From IMG/VR virus record IMGVR_UViG_3300022752_000015, positions 62,001 through 126,000 of that record: DNA of 64,000 bases, one strand, 5' to 3'. A model generated the notes under the pieces. The model searched no databases. It was not told the origin of the DNA and saw only the letters and a program-made list of their open reading frames with translations. This document shows positions 62,988 through 64,000 of the stretch, piece by piece (positions within the stretch are counted from its first letter, which is position 1; every line of letters starts with the position of its first letter). Both the position numbers and the translations under genes were made by a program.

Positions 62988-63883
62988 TAGTATCCAAACC
63001 CTCCAAATGCAATCGAATCAGTTCCATGAACCGTCACGTCATCGTACGTCCACCCTGCCGTTGCAGATATGTACCCGTCAGCAACGTAGTTATCGGTTGA
63101 CCCATTCAACAGTCTTGCGGCTAAAAGCATTGTACCTTCTAAGTTTGATGATAATTCTAACTTATACTTTTGATCGTTAAACGGAGCAATAAAAGTACGA
63201 TCGTCGTTAAAATATCCCATCGTTGGGATTTTCTTGACTTCTCCCACCATATCTATCATGTCCAACCAAGGAACAATCCTGTTCTCATTTCTTTCTCGAA
63301 CAGTCTTAATTCTATCATTAGATCGAATTATGGTGCTGTTGCCGTCCTCTAGATTGGCTTTCACGTCATGAGCTTCGAAAGGAACGTCAATGCTAAAAAA
63401 CGAAACTAGTGCTCTTATGGTTAAAGGCTCAATTACGCCGTTGAAGTTATAATTTTCAGTTTCATCATTATCGCCAGTAATAATAGGATATGAAAAAACT
63501 CGAGTTGACGTCAGGTAGTCAACAGGATCAAAATAATCAATATCGCTATAAAAATTATCTTTTCTAAAATTACGATCATATCCATAAGAATTTTTTCTGA
63601 CGACCCCTCCGGGTTCACCTGCGTGAATTTTTAAAGAAGTTCCCGCGTCAAAATGTCGAGACCTTGTGATCTCTACGCCTTGTCTAAAAGCGTCGATGGC
63701 AGATGTATCCATCGAACCAGTTAAAACGAATTCAGTTGACGAAGGCTTGAGTTTTAGATCGTTGCTTTCACCCTGACCATCATCAAAATATTCTTTGTTA
63801 ATTCTAGGTAAGAAACCATAGAAAAAATTAGTATTTTTTTTGGGTGTCAATAGCTGTAAAGCTTTGCTAACTTCATTTCCCAT
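62987..63883 (-). CDS. Putative virion structural protein
   Basis: 298-aa ORF coupled to both neighbours. Confidence 0.6.
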   Translation of the reverse strand: MGNEVSKALQLLTPKKNTNFFYGFLPRINKEYFDDGQGESNDLKLKPSSTEFVLTGSMDTSAIDAFRQGVEITRSRHFDAGTSLKIHAGEPGGVVRKNSYGYDRNFRKDNFYSDIDYFDPVDYLTSTRVFSYPIITGDNDETENYNFNGVIEPLTIRALVSFFSIDVPFEAHDVKANLEDGNSTIIRSNDRIKTVRERNENRIVPWLDMIDMVGEVKKIPTMGYFNDDRTFIAPFNDQKYKLELSSNLEGTMLLAARLLNGSTDNYVADGYISATAGWTYDDVTVHGTDSIAFGGFGY

Positions 63884-63999
63884 TAAAATCTCCTTATCGT
63901 TCCAGCGATTTGTTGAAGCAACAAATTGTCTCTAATTCTATTACGATCATTTTCGCCTAGATATATCTCGCTAGAATAATACTCTTGCTTATGCCTTTC
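63883..63999 (-). CDS. 3' end of a CDS entering from beyond the window (probably structural)
   Basis: ...ERHKQEYYSSEIYLGENDRNRIRDNLLLQQIAGTIRRF*, with a TAATG overlap to the next gene. Confidence 0.6.
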   Translation of the reverse strand, partial: ERHKQEYYSSEIYLGENDRNRIRDNLLLQQIAGTIRRF

Positions 64000-64000
64000 A

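Noticed and set aside
1-64000. Alternative genetic code, CRISPR array, tRNA genes
   Set aside because: Long genes are intact in code 11 with TAA, TAG and TGA all used as stops. No repeat-spacer periodicity or cloverleaf was seen by eye.

Overview
The window is part of a large T4-like (contractile-tailed) phage genome read in genetic code 11, with almost all genes on the minus strand. The left third is a nucleotide-metabolism and replication module: HNH nuclease, metallophosphoesterase, orphan DNA methyltransferase, Hsp20, all-alpha NTP pyrophosphatase, Tmk, ThyX, class II RNR, DnaB/gp41 helicase, 5'-3' exonuclease, dUTPase, RecA, gp32-like SSB, HD hydrolase and a short PolA. The rest is morphogenesis: baseplate hub and tube-initiator-like proteins, tape measure, tail chaperone, tube, three tandem ~1020-aa sheath paralogs, gp15/14/13-like neck proteins, an M15 endolysin, and collagen and fibre proteins. 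A small plus-strand island carries a GH73-like protein, NADAR and a degenerate Pth2. The most striking system is a fractured dUTPase gene. The enzyme is encoded as two ORFs, each fused to half of a naturally split intein inserted in motif 3 (GTVD|CDYRGE), with a free-standing Zn-finger/PD-(D/E)XK endonuclease between them. The N-intein lacks the block-B His. Other notable signals are a probable +1 frameshift in the tail chaperone, a recurrent ATA[ACG]TTA promoter-like motif, a shared N-terminal LRRIIKEE-type peptide, and a structured ~250-nt leader before the SSB gene. All assignments come from motif reading by eye; no searches were run.
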